DNA from: an uncultured Methanosarcinaceae archaeon | Lineage (GTDB): Archaea; Halobacteriota; Methanosarcinia; Methanosarcinales; Methanosarcinaceae | NCBI GenBank assembly: GCA_963727895.1 | Contig: CAVSHT010000009.1 | Coordinates: 288,001-352,000 of the forward strand | Reading direction: 5' to 3' | DNA: 64,000 bases | Shown: piece by piece, positions 1 through 10,039 of the stretch | How positions within the stretch are numbered: the first letter of the stretch is position 1 | Layout of the letters: every line of letters begins with the position of its first letter | Position numbers and translations under genes: made by a program | The notes under the pieces: generated by a model | What the model was told of the DNA's origin: nothing | Database searches by the model: none | What the model saw: the letters and a program-made list of their open reading frames with translations, nothing else

Positions 1-238
1 TTGCGGGGCTCACAGACCTGTCAAAAAGAGAAAGGTAAGCAATGTAGTTGTCAGGGATGCCATCGAAGAAGGTGGAACCTACGAACTCCGGATCGATGCA
101 GTTGGATCCAAAGGTGACGGGATAGCTAAAATAGATAAGTACACGGTTTTCGTGCCCGGAGCCTCAAAAGGCGACGTGGTCAAAGTAAAAATAAAGAAAA
201 TCAGTGGAAACCTCGCTTTCTCAGAGAGAGCAGCCTGA
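1..238 (+). CDS. eif2b: Translation initiation factor 2 subunit beta, C-terminal part (end of Zn ribbon + TRAM domain), 5' truncated by window edge
   Basis: Frame 2 reads [11 protein letters not shown]...[58 protein letters not shown], the TRAM-fused aIF2-beta C-terminus; TGA at 236-238. Confidence 0.85.
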   Translation, partial: CGAHRPVKKRKVSNVVVRDAIEEGGTYELRIDAVGSKGDGIAKIDKYTVFVPGASKGDVVKVKIKKISGNLAFSERAA

Positions 239-377
239 GGTTTAAGCTTATTTATATATATTAAAGCAGCTCAGGCCGATTACTTCCGTTTTCGTGCCCG
301 AGCAGCTTAAATTCAACCGTTAATCCACAACCATTTAGCTGCAAGCGTTGTGCCGGATTATAATGCTGAAAATATCG

Positions 378-407
378 TTTTCGATCAAATCTTTTAAAAA
401 AGGTTTG
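378..407. repeat. Short dispersed hairpin-like intergenic repeat (TTTTCGATCAAA..CTTTT..AAAAGGTTTG)
   Basis: Similar copy at 5234-5264 and a degenerate copy at about 425-455; each lies downstream of a gene. Confidence 0.5.
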
Positions 408-492
408 CTTTGCGCCACATTCTGTTTTTGATTAAGCTTTTTTTAAATATTTTTGATTAGGCCGATATAATAAAGGGCTCTGTGAGGAATAA

Positions 493-1734
493 ATGACTTC
501 TGAAAAAAAGGATATACCGGAAGTTCCATTAAGAAAAATTTCATTAAAAGATTCTCAAACAACGGGAAAAAATATAGAAATTATCTCAATCCCAGGACTG
601 GCAGTAAATCTTCGGCAAGCAGGAGATGTCCTGGAGCTTACAGCAAACGGAACACTGAGAGTAGCTTTTAACCCCATCTTGAGAATGATAAATTCTCGTC
701 TGATGGAGGAAAAGCCAGCTCTTGTACTGGAAGATAAAGTCATTGCTTCGGCCTGGCTCCCCCCAATACCAAGTCCGGTTTTTAAGCGCCTGATTTTTGC
801 AGAAATACAGATTGCTCTTGGAAAATCTATTCCTGAAACTGTATCTATTGAACTTACCCGACAGAACAGTTCTAGATATCAACCCGGGACAATTGCAGAA
901 GAGCTGGATACGGCCATTATAAAAAAAATTATTGATGAAGCTCTTGACTCTGGCACTTTAATCATCTCATTTACTGAAAACGATCCTCTACTGAGAGAAG
1001 AGGTTTTTGATTTAATCAAGTACGTGGACAAGAAACGTACTATAGTAAACTGTTCCACATGGGGAACGGACTTTTCAAAAGAAACTGCCCTTCGCTTGAA
1101 AGAAACTGGGCTTCACTCTCTGATGGTTGGAATTTATTCAACCGATCCTGAAAAACATGACGCTGCCCGAAAGTCCGAAGGAGCTTATGAAAGAGCCATT
1201 TCTGCAATGAAAATTGCACTTGAAGCCGGAATTACGGTTGTAATGACAACACACACTTCTCCTTCAAACATACAGGAACTTCCTGCTCTCTATTCTCTTG
1301 CATCTGAACTTGGAGTACACGAATTTTCAGTATGGGAAGCAATGCCTAAAAACAGAAACGAGCCTGCAATCACTAACGAAGATAGAAAAAGCATCCTTGA
1401 GATGTACCATAGAATAAATAAAAATCCAGAAGGCCCTCGAATGTTTGCAAACACTTATTTTGAAGGTCAGATGCTGGGTGCAATGGAAGGTAGACGCTGG
1501 ATGCATATAACGGCAGACGGAGACATAAAAGCTGGTCCTTATCCGCCTTTCAGTTTTGGGAATATAAAAGAAGAATCTTTAAAAGAAGCCTGGCAGAAAA
1601 TCAGAAGTTATCCTTATTTCCAGAAGCAGAAAAAATTGAGTCCAATGCATGACCCGGAATTTTTGGATTTCGTTGACAGAATTCCGGCAGGAGCAAAATT
1701 GCCTTATCCTTTTGAAAAAGTTTGCGAAAAATAA
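493..1734 (+). CDS. Radical SAM/SPASM(twitch)-fold protein lacking Fe-S cysteines
   Basis: PETVSIELTR, ELDT..IKKIIDEA, DPLLR, PEKHDAARKSEGAYERA and HITADGDIK.GPY.PFSFGNIKEESLKEAW are radical SAM/SPASM scaffold motifs, but CxxxCxxC is absent. Confidence 0.75.
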   Translation: MTSEKKDIPEVPLRKISLKDSQTTGKNIEIISIPGLAVNLRQAGDVLELTANGTLRVAFNPILRMINSRLMEEKPALVLEDKVIASAWLPPIPSPVFKRLIFAEIQIALGKSIPETVSIELTRQNSSRYQPGTIAEELDTAIIKKIIDEALDSGTLIISFTENDPLLREEVFDLIKYVDKKRTIVNCSTWGTDFSKETALRLKETGLHSLMVGIYSTDPEKHDAARKSEGAYERAISAMKIALEAGITVVMTTHTSPSNIQELPALYSLASELGVHEFSVWEAMPKNRNEPAITNEDRKSILEMYHRINKNPEGPRMFANTYFEGQMLGAMEGRRWMHITADGDIKAGPYPPFSFGNIKEESLKEAWQKIRSYPYFQKQKKLSPMHDPEFLDFVDRIPAGAKLPYPFEKVCEK

Positions 1735-2001
1735 AGAGAACAAGTTATAAGATATCCTTTTAGCTACAGGATATTCTGTTAACGCATTTTCTAGCATATT
1801 TTCCTAGGCATAGTTCCTATACATTTATAGTTTTTTTAGCCTACTTTTTTCCGAATGAACACATAAACATTTACATATAAGCAAGTATTTCTAAAGAGCA
1901 ATTTAGCTGGAACTGCGTTATTATCTTTAATTATTTTCAATAAAGAAAAAGCCGTCTTTTGGAGGATTCCTTTTGAAAAGTGGCGGCTTACGAGGGATTT
2001 C

Positions 2002-3399
2002 ATGACTAATAAACTTGACCCGTGGAGCTCAAGCGAAATTAATGACTATTCGAAGTTATTTGAAGAATTCGGGATTTCTCCTTTTGATAAAGTCCTTCCG
2101 GAAATCCCTTCTCCACACATGTATATGCGGAGAAAAGTTATTTTCGGACATCGTGACTATGAACAGATTGTAGAGGCTATGCGCACAGGTGCTCCTTTTT
2201 CAGTTATGGACGGTTTTATGCCTTCGGGGAAGGTTCATTTCGGGCACAAGATGGTTATGGACCAGATAATCTGGCACCAGCAAATGGGAGCATCGGCTTT
2301 TGTAGGGATTGCTGACAGGGAAGCTTTTTCTGTACGCGGTTTTTCCTGGCAGAAATGCAAGGAAATTGGAGTAGAAGAATATATATTAAGCCTTATTGCT
2401 TTTGGTTTCAAGCCCGATGGCCTTATTTACTTCCAGTCAGGATGCGAAAGCGTCAAAGACCTGGCATTTGAACTCGGGGTCAAAGTAAATTTCTCAGAAC
2501 TGAGTGCAATCTATGGATTTTCGGGAGAGACAAACCTTTCCCATATGATCAGTGTAGCAACCCAGGCTGCAGACATTCTCCAGCCTCAGCTCGAAGAATT
2601 TGGAGGTCCAAAACCAGTCGTAGTTCCTGTTGGCCCGGATCAGGACCCTCATCTCCGTCTTACGAGAGGGCTTGCAGGCAAGATGAATATGTTCAGGATA
2701 GAAGAACGGGAAGACACAAAAACAGGCAGAAAATACTTGAGTGTCCGGGGAAAAGCCGCTGAAAAAGGTGCTCTCCAGGAACTTAAAAAACGTATTCCTG
2801 GAAAGGTAAAGCTCCATGAAGAACACCTGGATATTTTTGGACTTTCAATCAACGAGTACTTCCAGAATTTAAGTGTGGAAGAAAGAAACTACTTCCAAAA
2901 AATATGTTCGTCTAGCGATCCACAGGAAATTACAAAGAAAATAGTAGAAGAAACTGTAAAGGAAGTGGCAGCTGAATTCGATGGTTACGCCTTTATTCCT
3001 CCTGCATCTACATATCATCGCTTTATGAGCGGACTACAGGGAGGAAAAATGTCGAGCAGCGTTCCTGACAGCCATATTGCTCTTACTGACGATCCAAAAG
3101 ATGGGGCAAAAAAGGTAAAAAAAGCAAAGACTGGCGGATGTATAACCCTTGAAGAGCAGAAGAAACTGGGTGGAAAACCCGACGAATGCTCGGTTTTCGA
3201 ACTTATGCTTTTCCATCTGGTAGAAAATGATGACGAACTGCTGGAAATAAGAGAGGAATGTGTCTGTGGAACCAGAACATGTGGCTCGTGCAAACAGCTT
3301 GCAGCCGAAAAGATGTACGAGTTCCTCAAAGACCATCAGGAGAAGAGGGAGCTTGCAAGGGAAAAGCTCGATGAGTATAATATAATTTACAAAAAGTAA
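2002..3399 (+). CDS. trpS: Tryptophan--tRNA ligase
   Basis: [12 protein letters not shown] (HIGH-like), [23 protein letters not shown] motifs. Confidence 0.97.
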   Translation: MTNKLDPWSSSEINDYSKLFEEFGISPFDKVLPEIPSPHMYMRRKVIFGHRDYEQIVEAMRTGAPFSVMDGFMPSGKVHFGHKMVMDQIIWHQQMGASAFVGIADREAFSVRGFSWQKCKEIGVEEYILSLIAFGFKPDGLIYFQSGCESVKDLAFELGVKVNFSELSAIYGFSGETNLSHMISVATQAADILQPQLEEFGGPKPVVVPVGPDQDPHLRLTRGLAGKMNMFRIEEREDTKTGRKYLSVRGKAAEKGALQELKKRIPGKVKLHEEHLDIFGLSINEYFQNLSVEERNYFQKICSSSDPQEITKKIVEETVKEVAAEFDGYAFIPPASTYHRFMSGLQGGKMSSSVPDSHIALTDDPKDGAKKVKKAKTGGCITLEEQKKLGGKPDECSVFELMLFHLVENDDELLEIREECVCGTRTCGSCKQLAAEKMYEFLKDHQEKRELAREKLDEYNIIYKK

Positions 3400-3436
3400 C
3401 TTTACAAAAAGTAACTTTACAAAAAATAACTTTACA
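3386..3436 (+). repeat. Tandem repeat, 15-bp unit TTTACAAAAAGTAAC x~3.4, overlapping the trpS stop
   Basis: Directly visible. Confidence 0.9.
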
Positions 3437-3496
3437 GGATTAAATTTTCATAATATATCAATAAGATCTTCATAAATATCAGGATGGGATTATTAT

Positions 3497-4978
3497 ATGA
3501 GTGTTCAGGAAAACCTCACAATCAATGAAAAAAAAGTTTTGCTTGCTCTTGAAACACTTGGGTCTGCAGCTCCAGAAAGCCTGGAAGAAAAATCAGGACT
3601 GCAGATAGATGCGGCAATGCAGGCAGCTTTTCTGCTCGAGGAAAAAGGATTGGTTTCAGTCTCTGAAAAGGTACTGGAACGCTATTCCCTTACAAAGGAA
3701 GGAGAAGAATACATAAAAAAAGGGCTTCCAGAACGTCAGATTATTGACTCCCTGAAAGTTCCTACCTCAGTTGAAGAACTGAGAAATCATTTTTCTCCGC
3801 AAATGGTAGGAATTGCAACCGGTTGGCTCGTAAAAAAAGGATGGGCAAAAGTTGAAAACGGTGTAATGGTACCTTCCGGAAATATGAGTACAGGAAAAGA
3901 CGAAGACACTCTTAAAGCTTTCACAGGCAGCAAAGCAAAAACTCTTGAAGAACTCAGATCTGACGAAAAAACAATAAAAGATCTGCTCAAGCGCAAAATT
4001 ATCACAAAACATGCAGAAAAGTTCAGAACTGTTTCCATAACCGATTCAGGAAATGCACTTGCATCTCAAGGGCTTGTTCTTGAAGAGGAAATTGCTCAGC
4101 TTACTCCCGATTTATTGAAAAGCGGAGAGTGGAAAGGGAAAAAGTTCAGGCCTTACCGCCTCGATATTACTCCAAAACCTCTTTATGGAGTTAAAATACA
4201 TCCTTACAGACGCCTTATAGAACAGATGCGTCAGATCTTTCTTGAGATGGGCTTTACTGAGATTAAAGGAGGAATTATCCAGAGTTCGTTCTGGAATTTC
4301 GATGCTCTTTTCCAGCCTCAGGATCATCCGGCAAGGGATATGCAGGATACTTTTCACCTGGATAGCACCTGTCAGCTTCCTGAAGAATACTACGAAAAGG
4401 TAGCTTCAATGCATGAGTGCGGAGGAGATATTGATTCCTGTGGCTGGGGAGGAGTTTGGGACAAAGAACTTTCAAGACGTAATGTGCTTAGAACCCATAC
4501 AACCTCAATTACTGTCAAATACCTTGCCGATAACCCTGAACCTCCTGTAAAAGCTTTCTGCATTGATAGGGCTTACCGCAGAGAAACAATTGATCCTACT
4601 CATACCCCAGAATTCGAGCAGCTAGAAGGTGTTGTAATGGATAAGAACATGTCCTTTGCCGACCTGATTGGATTACTGGCAGAGTTCTACCACAGGATGG
4701 GGTTCGAAGAAGTCCGTTTCCGTCCTGGCTATTTCCCATACACTGAACCAAGCGTGGAACCCGAAGTTTATGTGGAAGGTCTTGGATGGGTTGAGCTTGG
4801 AGGTGCCGGTGTTTTTAGAAGAGAAGTTAGTGAACCTCTTGGGATTAAAGAACCTGTCCTTGCATGGGGGCTTGGAGTCAGCAGACTTGCCATGCTGAAA
4901 CTTGGGCTCAAAGACCTCAGACTCCTGTATCAGTCTGACATTGACTGGCTCAGGAAAAGCGAAGTTTGCAGAACCTAA
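3497..4978 (+). CDS. pheS: Phenylalanine--tRNA ligase alpha subunit
   Basis: [46 protein letters not shown] motifs. Confidence 0.97.
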   Translation: MSVQENLTINEKKVLLALETLGSAAPESLEEKSGLQIDAAMQAAFLLEEKGLVSVSEKVLERYSLTKEGEEYIKKGLPERQIIDSLKVPTSVEELRNHFSPQMVGIATGWLVKKGWAKVENGVMVPSGNMSTGKDEDTLKAFTGSKAKTLEELRSDEKTIKDLLKRKIITKHAEKFRTVSITDSGNALASQGLVLEEEIAQLTPDLLKSGEWKGKKFRPYRLDITPKPLYGVKIHPYRRLIEQMRQIFLEMGFTEIKGGIIQSSFWNFDALFQPQDHPARDMQDTFHLDSTCQLPEEYYEKVASMHECGGDIDSCGWGGVWDKELSRRNVLRTHTTSITVKYLADNPEPPVKAFCIDRAYRRETIDPTHTPEFEQLEGVVMDKNMSFADLIGLLAEFYHRMGFEEVRFRPGYFPYTEPSVEPEVYVEGLGWVELGGAGVFRREVSEPLGIKEPVLAWGLGVSRLAMLKLGLKDLRLLYQSDIDWLRKSEVCRT

Positions 4979-5336
4979 AACCTGAATTTGAACTCGTAAC
5001 CTGAAACTCTCAGGTTAAAACTTTTATTTTTAATCTTAAACTAAAAAACATCTCCATACAGGATGCTTTTAGTAAATAATCTGAACACCTAGAAATTGTT
5101 GTATGGGGAAGTTGCGGTCTGGCACTCAGAAAATACAATTGAAAGACTAATAGTAAAGACAAAATAACTGAGACAAGTGAATTGGCTCTGTTAGGAATTG
5201 ACTCTACCAGGACTTTTTTATTCTTTAAGAAATTTTTCGGTCAAGCCTTTTTATAAAAGGGTTGTCGTTAAATAACTGCAAATCCTATTTTCCAGTACAA
5301 AATATCCAATAATGGAGTAGAACAGAGGGGTGAGCT

Positions 5337-5653
5337 ATGAATAGAAACAGGTACTGGAAAGTCACTCAAAGCGATTGGTGCGAAATCGCTCAGGTATTTT
5401 TTGTGTTCATAGCAGTAATTATGATATTATCGTTTTTCCTGCTTCCGGAGACCTTACCTTGCTTGTAGCATGGCACGCAAAAAACTTTGCTTATCTCTGT
5501 CCTGGGTGCGGCAAAGTTTTCGAGGTTTCAACGCTGGAAGATTTCATCAGTCCAAACAGTGTGAATAAAAAGTACTTAAGGTGTCCAAGGTGTAGAAGAC
5601 GATCCTGGGTGGATATTCTAAGAATTAAAGATCTAACCATCCTTAAGAAATAA
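5337..5653 (+). pseudogene. Membrane-anchored Zn-ribbon protein, frameshifted
   Basis: ATG at 5337 after GGGGTGA RBS gives MNRNRYWKVTQSDW...FFVFIAVIMILSFFLLPE; another frame continues LLVAWHAKNFAYLCPGCG...LRCPRCRRRSW. Confidence 0.55.
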
Positions 5654-5733
5654 TTGTTATGAGGACTACACCTGTTTATAGAAAAAAGAAGGGAAGCCGA
5701 ATACCTGGGAAAAAAGGTTTCAGAAAATGAACC

Positions 5734-6287
5734 TTGAGGAATATGGAAAAGGAAAGAAAAAGCTCGGAAAACAACTCAGGTCTTTATAACGGAGAAAAAG
5801 TTTCCCTTCTTCCAATTCTTGCTGTTAATTTCATAGGCTCTCTGGGATTCAGCATCGTGCTCCCTTTCCTAGTGTTTCAGGTTAATCGGTTGGGAGGGAA
5901 CGCTTTCATATACGGACTGGCAAGTTCAATGTATCTGGCTTTCCAGCTTATCAGAGCCTCTATTCTTGGTAGATGGTCTGACACTTATAGCCGTAAAAAG
6001 ATTCTGTTTTTAAGTGAGCTAAGGACACTGTTTACATGGATAATCTTTCTTGTAGCTCTTTTTCTTCCGGTTGTGAGCCTTGTAAAAATAAATTCCAAGA
6101 TTATGGGGACTTTTACTGTTACTCTCCCGCTTGTAGTGCTTTTTTTGCCAGAGCTCTTGATGGACTTACCAGAGGAAATATCTCGATAGCTAATGCCTAT
6201 ATGGACGATATTACTACAGAACAGGATAAAAGCCAGAATTTCTTTCCTTATTGCAGGCATGATAATCTACACAGTTTTTTTGCTTAA
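5734..6287 (+). pseudogene. MFS transporter (TetA/DHA1-like) fragment, frameshifted and truncated
   Basis: GSLGFSIVLPFL, LGRWSDTYSRKKILFLS (motif A); FARALDGLTRGNISIANAYMDDIT lies in another frame after the T7 run at 6140-6146; only the N-terminal part is present. Confidence 0.8.
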
Positions 6288-6382
6288 TTTCCGGCTCAGG
6301 CATTTTGAAAAAAAAATGGAAGATGATTAGGATAGAAAAATATCGGAAAATAAAAATGGAGAGATTTAATATATAAATAAAT

Positions 6383-6955
6383 ATGAACAACGCATTCAAA
6401 TTACTAATGCTTGCTCTTATGATTGTGAGTGCTGTACTAATTGTAGAACTTGCTGATAATCCGGCGGGAAAAGATTGAGCAGTAGATCGAGAAAAGATTA
6501 TAGAAAATAATTCTCTTGACATATTCGTAAGTAAGTCCCACAACTATGAAGATCGACTCGTGTTTACTTATAGCCCTAAAAACTCAGATTCCAAAGTGGA
6601 CTGTTACGTAAGCTATGAGTTTAGGGAAGATGGAAATATCCTCAAAAGCATTGATAAAGAATTTTATAAGAATATTTCAACGGAACATCCAATTGTGCTT
6701 GAATTTCCAAGAAAAAAAGCCTCTCTATATGAACTGAAAGTAAATATAAAAGATAAAAGTGGAATCAATCTGTATAAAACTAATATAGAAATTAACCCTG
6801 CAACTATAGATAATAAAACCAGCAATTTAATAAAAAAGCTGAAATTAATTTATTTTTTCTTTTTCTTTTTCTTTTTCTTTACTATGAGCATTGAGATGAA
6901 ATCTATTGCTAAAGAAGCCAGTACAGCTAAAGCAATCATCTGTTGTATGCTATGA
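6383..6955 (+). pseudogene. Putative secreted/membrane-anchored hypothetical protein with internal TGA
   Basis: ATG 6383 gives MNNAFKLLMLALMIVSAVLIVELADNPAGKD, TGA at 6476-6478, then open in the same frame into the 6560 ORF. Confidence 0.5.
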
Positions 6956-6969
6956 AATATTCCCAGCAT
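6850..6969 (-). CDS. Small single-TM protein with poly-Lys tail (39 aa)
   Basis: GGAGTGA RBS then MLGIFHSIQQMIALAVLASLAIDFISMLIVKKKKKKKKK*; too short for the ORF track. Confidence 0.45.
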   Translation of the reverse strand: MLGIFHSIQQMIALAVLASLAIDFISMLIVKKKKKKKKK

Positions 6970-7365
6970 AAAATCACTCCCTCTTTAAATTTTTAGTGTT
7001 TATTGCTACTATTACAGTACTCAAGCTCATAAAAACTTCACCCAACAGGACTTTGCAAGATTCTATATCCATAAAGCATCTCTGATGCAAGAGACTCGCA
7101 AAAAAAGGCGAAGCTAAGCTATTTTGAGCCATATTAAAAGGGAATAAACAAAAAACTGCAATAACTAGCGCTATTTACCTACTCTGTGCCACTCGAATAC
7201 TACGACGCACAGCAAGGACCAAAACAAAGAACATCATAACACTAATGATCCCGATAAAAATAGTATCCCTAAAGGCTATTTCCAGAGGAATATGACTGAT
7301 AGATCCAAAATCTTCAATTGGCAATGAAGACATAATTTAATCTATGCATCTAGATATAATAAATT

Positions 7366-8105
7366 GGCTTTGATACTTAAACATAGTTATATACTATTAG
7401 AAAGTATATTTCTTCATGAACTGCCCCAGATGCAATAGTTCCAGTCACAAAAAGAACGGTATAGTTGGCGGGCGTCAACGGTACAAATGCTCTGATTGTG
7501 GCTATAACTATACAGTAGAGCTAAAATCAACTGCTTTTTCCGCTTTTGTAAAAAGACAGGCTTTACAACTCTATCTTGAAGGATTGGGCTTTCGTTCAAT
7601 AGGACGATTTTTAGGGGTGAGTCATGTTTCTGTCCAAAGATGGATAAAGAAATTTGGTCAGGAGTTAGAGGACCTAAAAAGTGAAAATGAGATATCTATT
7701 GTTGAAATGGATGAAATGCACACTTACATCGGTAACAAAAAAAATATTGCTGGATCTGGATTGCTGTTGATAGAGTTGGGAAAAAGTTCATCAACTGCTC
7801 TTTTGGTAGCAGAGGAACAGAAACTGGAAAACTACTCTGGGAAAAAGTGAAGAAAAAAGAGATTGGAGAAGTAATGACAGATCACTGGAGAGCATATGCA
7901 GAGTTTCTTCCAGAAAAGAGTCATACTCAATCAAAAGCAGAAACATTTACAGTTGAGGGATATAACAGCATATTGAGGCATTTTCTAGCAAGATTGAGAA
8001 GAAAGACAAAGTGTTATACAAAAAGTCTTGAAATGCTAAAGTACTCGGTTATTCTATTGATGAAATACAGAAATAAAGAGTTAACTATGTTTAATTAACA
8101 ATGCC
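7366..8105 (+). mobile_element. IS1-family element copy 1 (intact; InsA/InsB-type ORFs 7416-8098 joined by -1 shift at A8)
   Basis: IRs GGCTTTGATACTTAAACATAGTTA / GGCATTGTTAATTAAACATAGTTA; 8-bp TSD AATAAATT; CPRC..CSDC Zn finger, HTH, MDE / TDHW / VEG DDE residues. Confidence 0.95.
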
Positions 8106-8212
8106 AATAAATTTATCTAATTTCTGTTAAGAAAAGAATGAATTAAAGTAATCAGGCGTCAAATAAGAACTCAAAAAAGAATTGTGGAAGCTAATAATAA
8201 GAATAAAAATAA

Positions 8213-8953
8213 GGCTTTGGTAATTAACCATAGTTAGTTATTATGAGAACCTCTATTTCTTCATGAACTGCCCAAAATGTAATAGTTCCAGTCACAAAAA
8301 TAATGGTATAGTTGGCGGGCGTCAACGCTACAAATGCTCTGATTGTGGCTATAACTATACAGTAGAGCTAAAATCAACTGCTTTTACCGCTTCTGTAAAA
8401 AGACAGGCTTTACAACTCTATCTTGAAGGATTGGGCTTTCGTTCAATAGGAAGAGTTTTAGGGGTAAGTCATGTTTCTGTCCAAAAATGGATAAAGAAAT
8501 TTGGTCAGGAGTTAGAGGACCTAAAAAGTGAAAATGAGATATCTATTGTTGAAATAGATGAAATGCACACTTACATAGGTAACAAAAAAATATTGCTGGA
8601 TCTGGATTGCTGTTGATAGAGTTGGGAAAAAGTTCATCAACTGCTCTTTTGGTAGCAGAGGAACGGAAACTGGAAAACTATTCTGGGAAAAAGTGAAGAA
8701 AAAAGAGATCGGAGAAGTGATGACCGATTACTGGAGGGCATATGCAGAGTTTCTTCCTGAAACGATTCATACTCAATCAAAAGCAGAAACGTATACTGTT
8801 GAAGGAGATATAACAGCATATTGAGGCATTTTTTAGCAAGGTTGAGAAGAAAGACAAAGTGTTATACAAAAAGTCTTGAAATGCTAAAGTACTCGGTTAT
8901 TCTATTGATGAAATACAGAAATAAAGAACTAGATATAGTTAGGTAACAGTACC
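8213..8953 (+). mobile_element. IS1-family element copy 2 (defective: A7 at the slippery site and an extra frameshift near 8805)
   Basis: Same transposase sequence, divergent IRs, 8-bp TSD AAAAATAA. Confidence 0.93.
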
Positions 8954-8977
8954 AAAAATAAATTGATGAGAGTACCT

Positions 8978-9355
8978 TTATTTCTCTTCATCGCTGTCGT
9001 AAAATAAGATTTTAACTTTTTCTTCCGTAATCAATCCTTTACTAATTATCTCATCCAGTTTCGGTTTAATCCTGTTAATGTTTTCTTCAAGATCAACAAC
9101 TTCAATAACAATTGGCATATCAGTTGATAAGCGCAGTATAGAAGTTGTATGAATAAGGCTTTGTTTTCCAAAACCCGTAATACCCCTGAAAACGGTTGCT
9201 CCGGCTATACCTTCTGTCTTTAGCATTTCAACAATATGCATATATAATGGCTTACCTTTGTACCGATCAGATTCTCCTATAAATATTCTCAACAATACGG
9301 CTGTAGACTCTCTTTTCATTTTGTTTTCCTCAACAATTATCTGATCCGTTTTCAT
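8978..9355 (-). CDS. DUF190 family protein (PII-like, crcB-associated)
   Basis: LLRIFIGESD..GKPLY..IV, GIAGATVFRGITGFG, LS.DMPIVIEVVD; directly downstream of crcB. Confidence 0.9.
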   Translation of the reverse strand: MKTDQIIVEENKMKRESTAVLLRIFIGESDRYKGKPLYMHIVEMLKTEGIAGATVFRGITGFGKQSLIHTTSILRLSTDMPIVIEVVDLEENINRIKPKLDEIISKGLITEEKVKILFYDSDEEK

Positions 9356-9356
9356 A

Positions 9357-9749
9357 TTATCTCCCCAATAAATAAGTTCCAATGCTCAACGCTACAATCT
9401 TGCCTAGATATACGGCCAGCAAGGAAAAAAATACTGTCGATACTAAGTTTATTGCCAACAGTGTTAATTTTGAGTCGTCAAGTAATCTGAAGGATTCATA
9501 GCCAAATGTTGATAATGTTGTAAAGGCTCCAATTATGCCAATTGTAAGAAATATTCTGGTATCTTCACTAAAAAAGCCCTGATATTCAGAAAGGTACATT
9601 ATTAAGCCTAAAAAGAAACTACCAAGAGTGTTTACAGTTAGCGTACCTACCGGAAAATCGACAAAGCCGTTTTGTATCCATCCACCTAATGTATATCTTA
9701 GAATAGCACCTATAAAGCCGCCTATACCTACCAATAAAATAGTATACAC
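9357..9749 (-). CDS. crcB: Fluoride efflux channel CrcB/Fluc
   Basis: GGFIGAILRY, FPVGTLTVNTLGSF, GIIGAFTTLSTF motifs. Confidence 0.95.
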   Translation of the reverse strand: MYTILLVGIGGFIGAILRYTLGGWIQNGFVDFPVGTLTVNTLGSFFLGLIMYLSEYQGFFSEDTRIFLTIGIIGAFTTLSTFGYESFRLLDDSKLTLLAINLVSTVFFSLLAVYLGKIVALSIGTYLLGR

Positions 9750-9770
9750 AACAAAGCCTCAATAATTGAT

Positions 9771-9830
9771 GTAGAAGTCATCAGCTTAAGCGGTTTAGAC
9801 TGAAGAGTCCAGGCGGACTTCATCACCTAT
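9771..9830 (-). promoter_or_regulatory. Fluoride riboswitch (crcB motif)
   Basis: Minus strand ATAGGTGATGAAGTCCGCCT-(GGACTCTTCAGTCT)-AAACCGCTTAAGCTGATGACTTCTAC fits the GGYGATGRNGTYCRCC...AAC...GCTRATGACNYCTRC consensus; ends 21 nt upstream of the crcB GTG. Confidence 0.92.
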
Positions 9831-9891
9831 AGGATATCTATTTCCTGCCATTAAATAAATAAATTACGCAAATATATAAGAAGAAATACAA

Positions 9892-9935
9892 AAAAGTCAA
9901 GATATCAGTAATCAAAAGTCAAGGTATCAGTAATC
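9892..9935 (+). repeat. Direct tandem duplication of 22 bp (AAAAGTCAAGRTATCAGTAATC x2)
   Basis: Directly visible. Confidence 0.8.
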
Positions 9936-10039
9936 AAATATTATTAGTTTCAGAGTTTTATGAAAAATAGGAAAGACTAATAAGAATTTGTAGAAAGAAA
10001 ATTGTTAGTGAAAGTGTATGCAATGTTAATATTAAATTT

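Noticed and set aside
3386..3436. CRISPR array (also considered for 62637-62698 and 9892-9935)
   Set aside because: Head-to-tail repeats with no unique spacers, and no cas genes in the window
6476..6478. Selenocysteine UGA read-through
   Set aside because: No redox-motif context, and Methanosarcina are not known to use Sec; treated as a nonsense mutation
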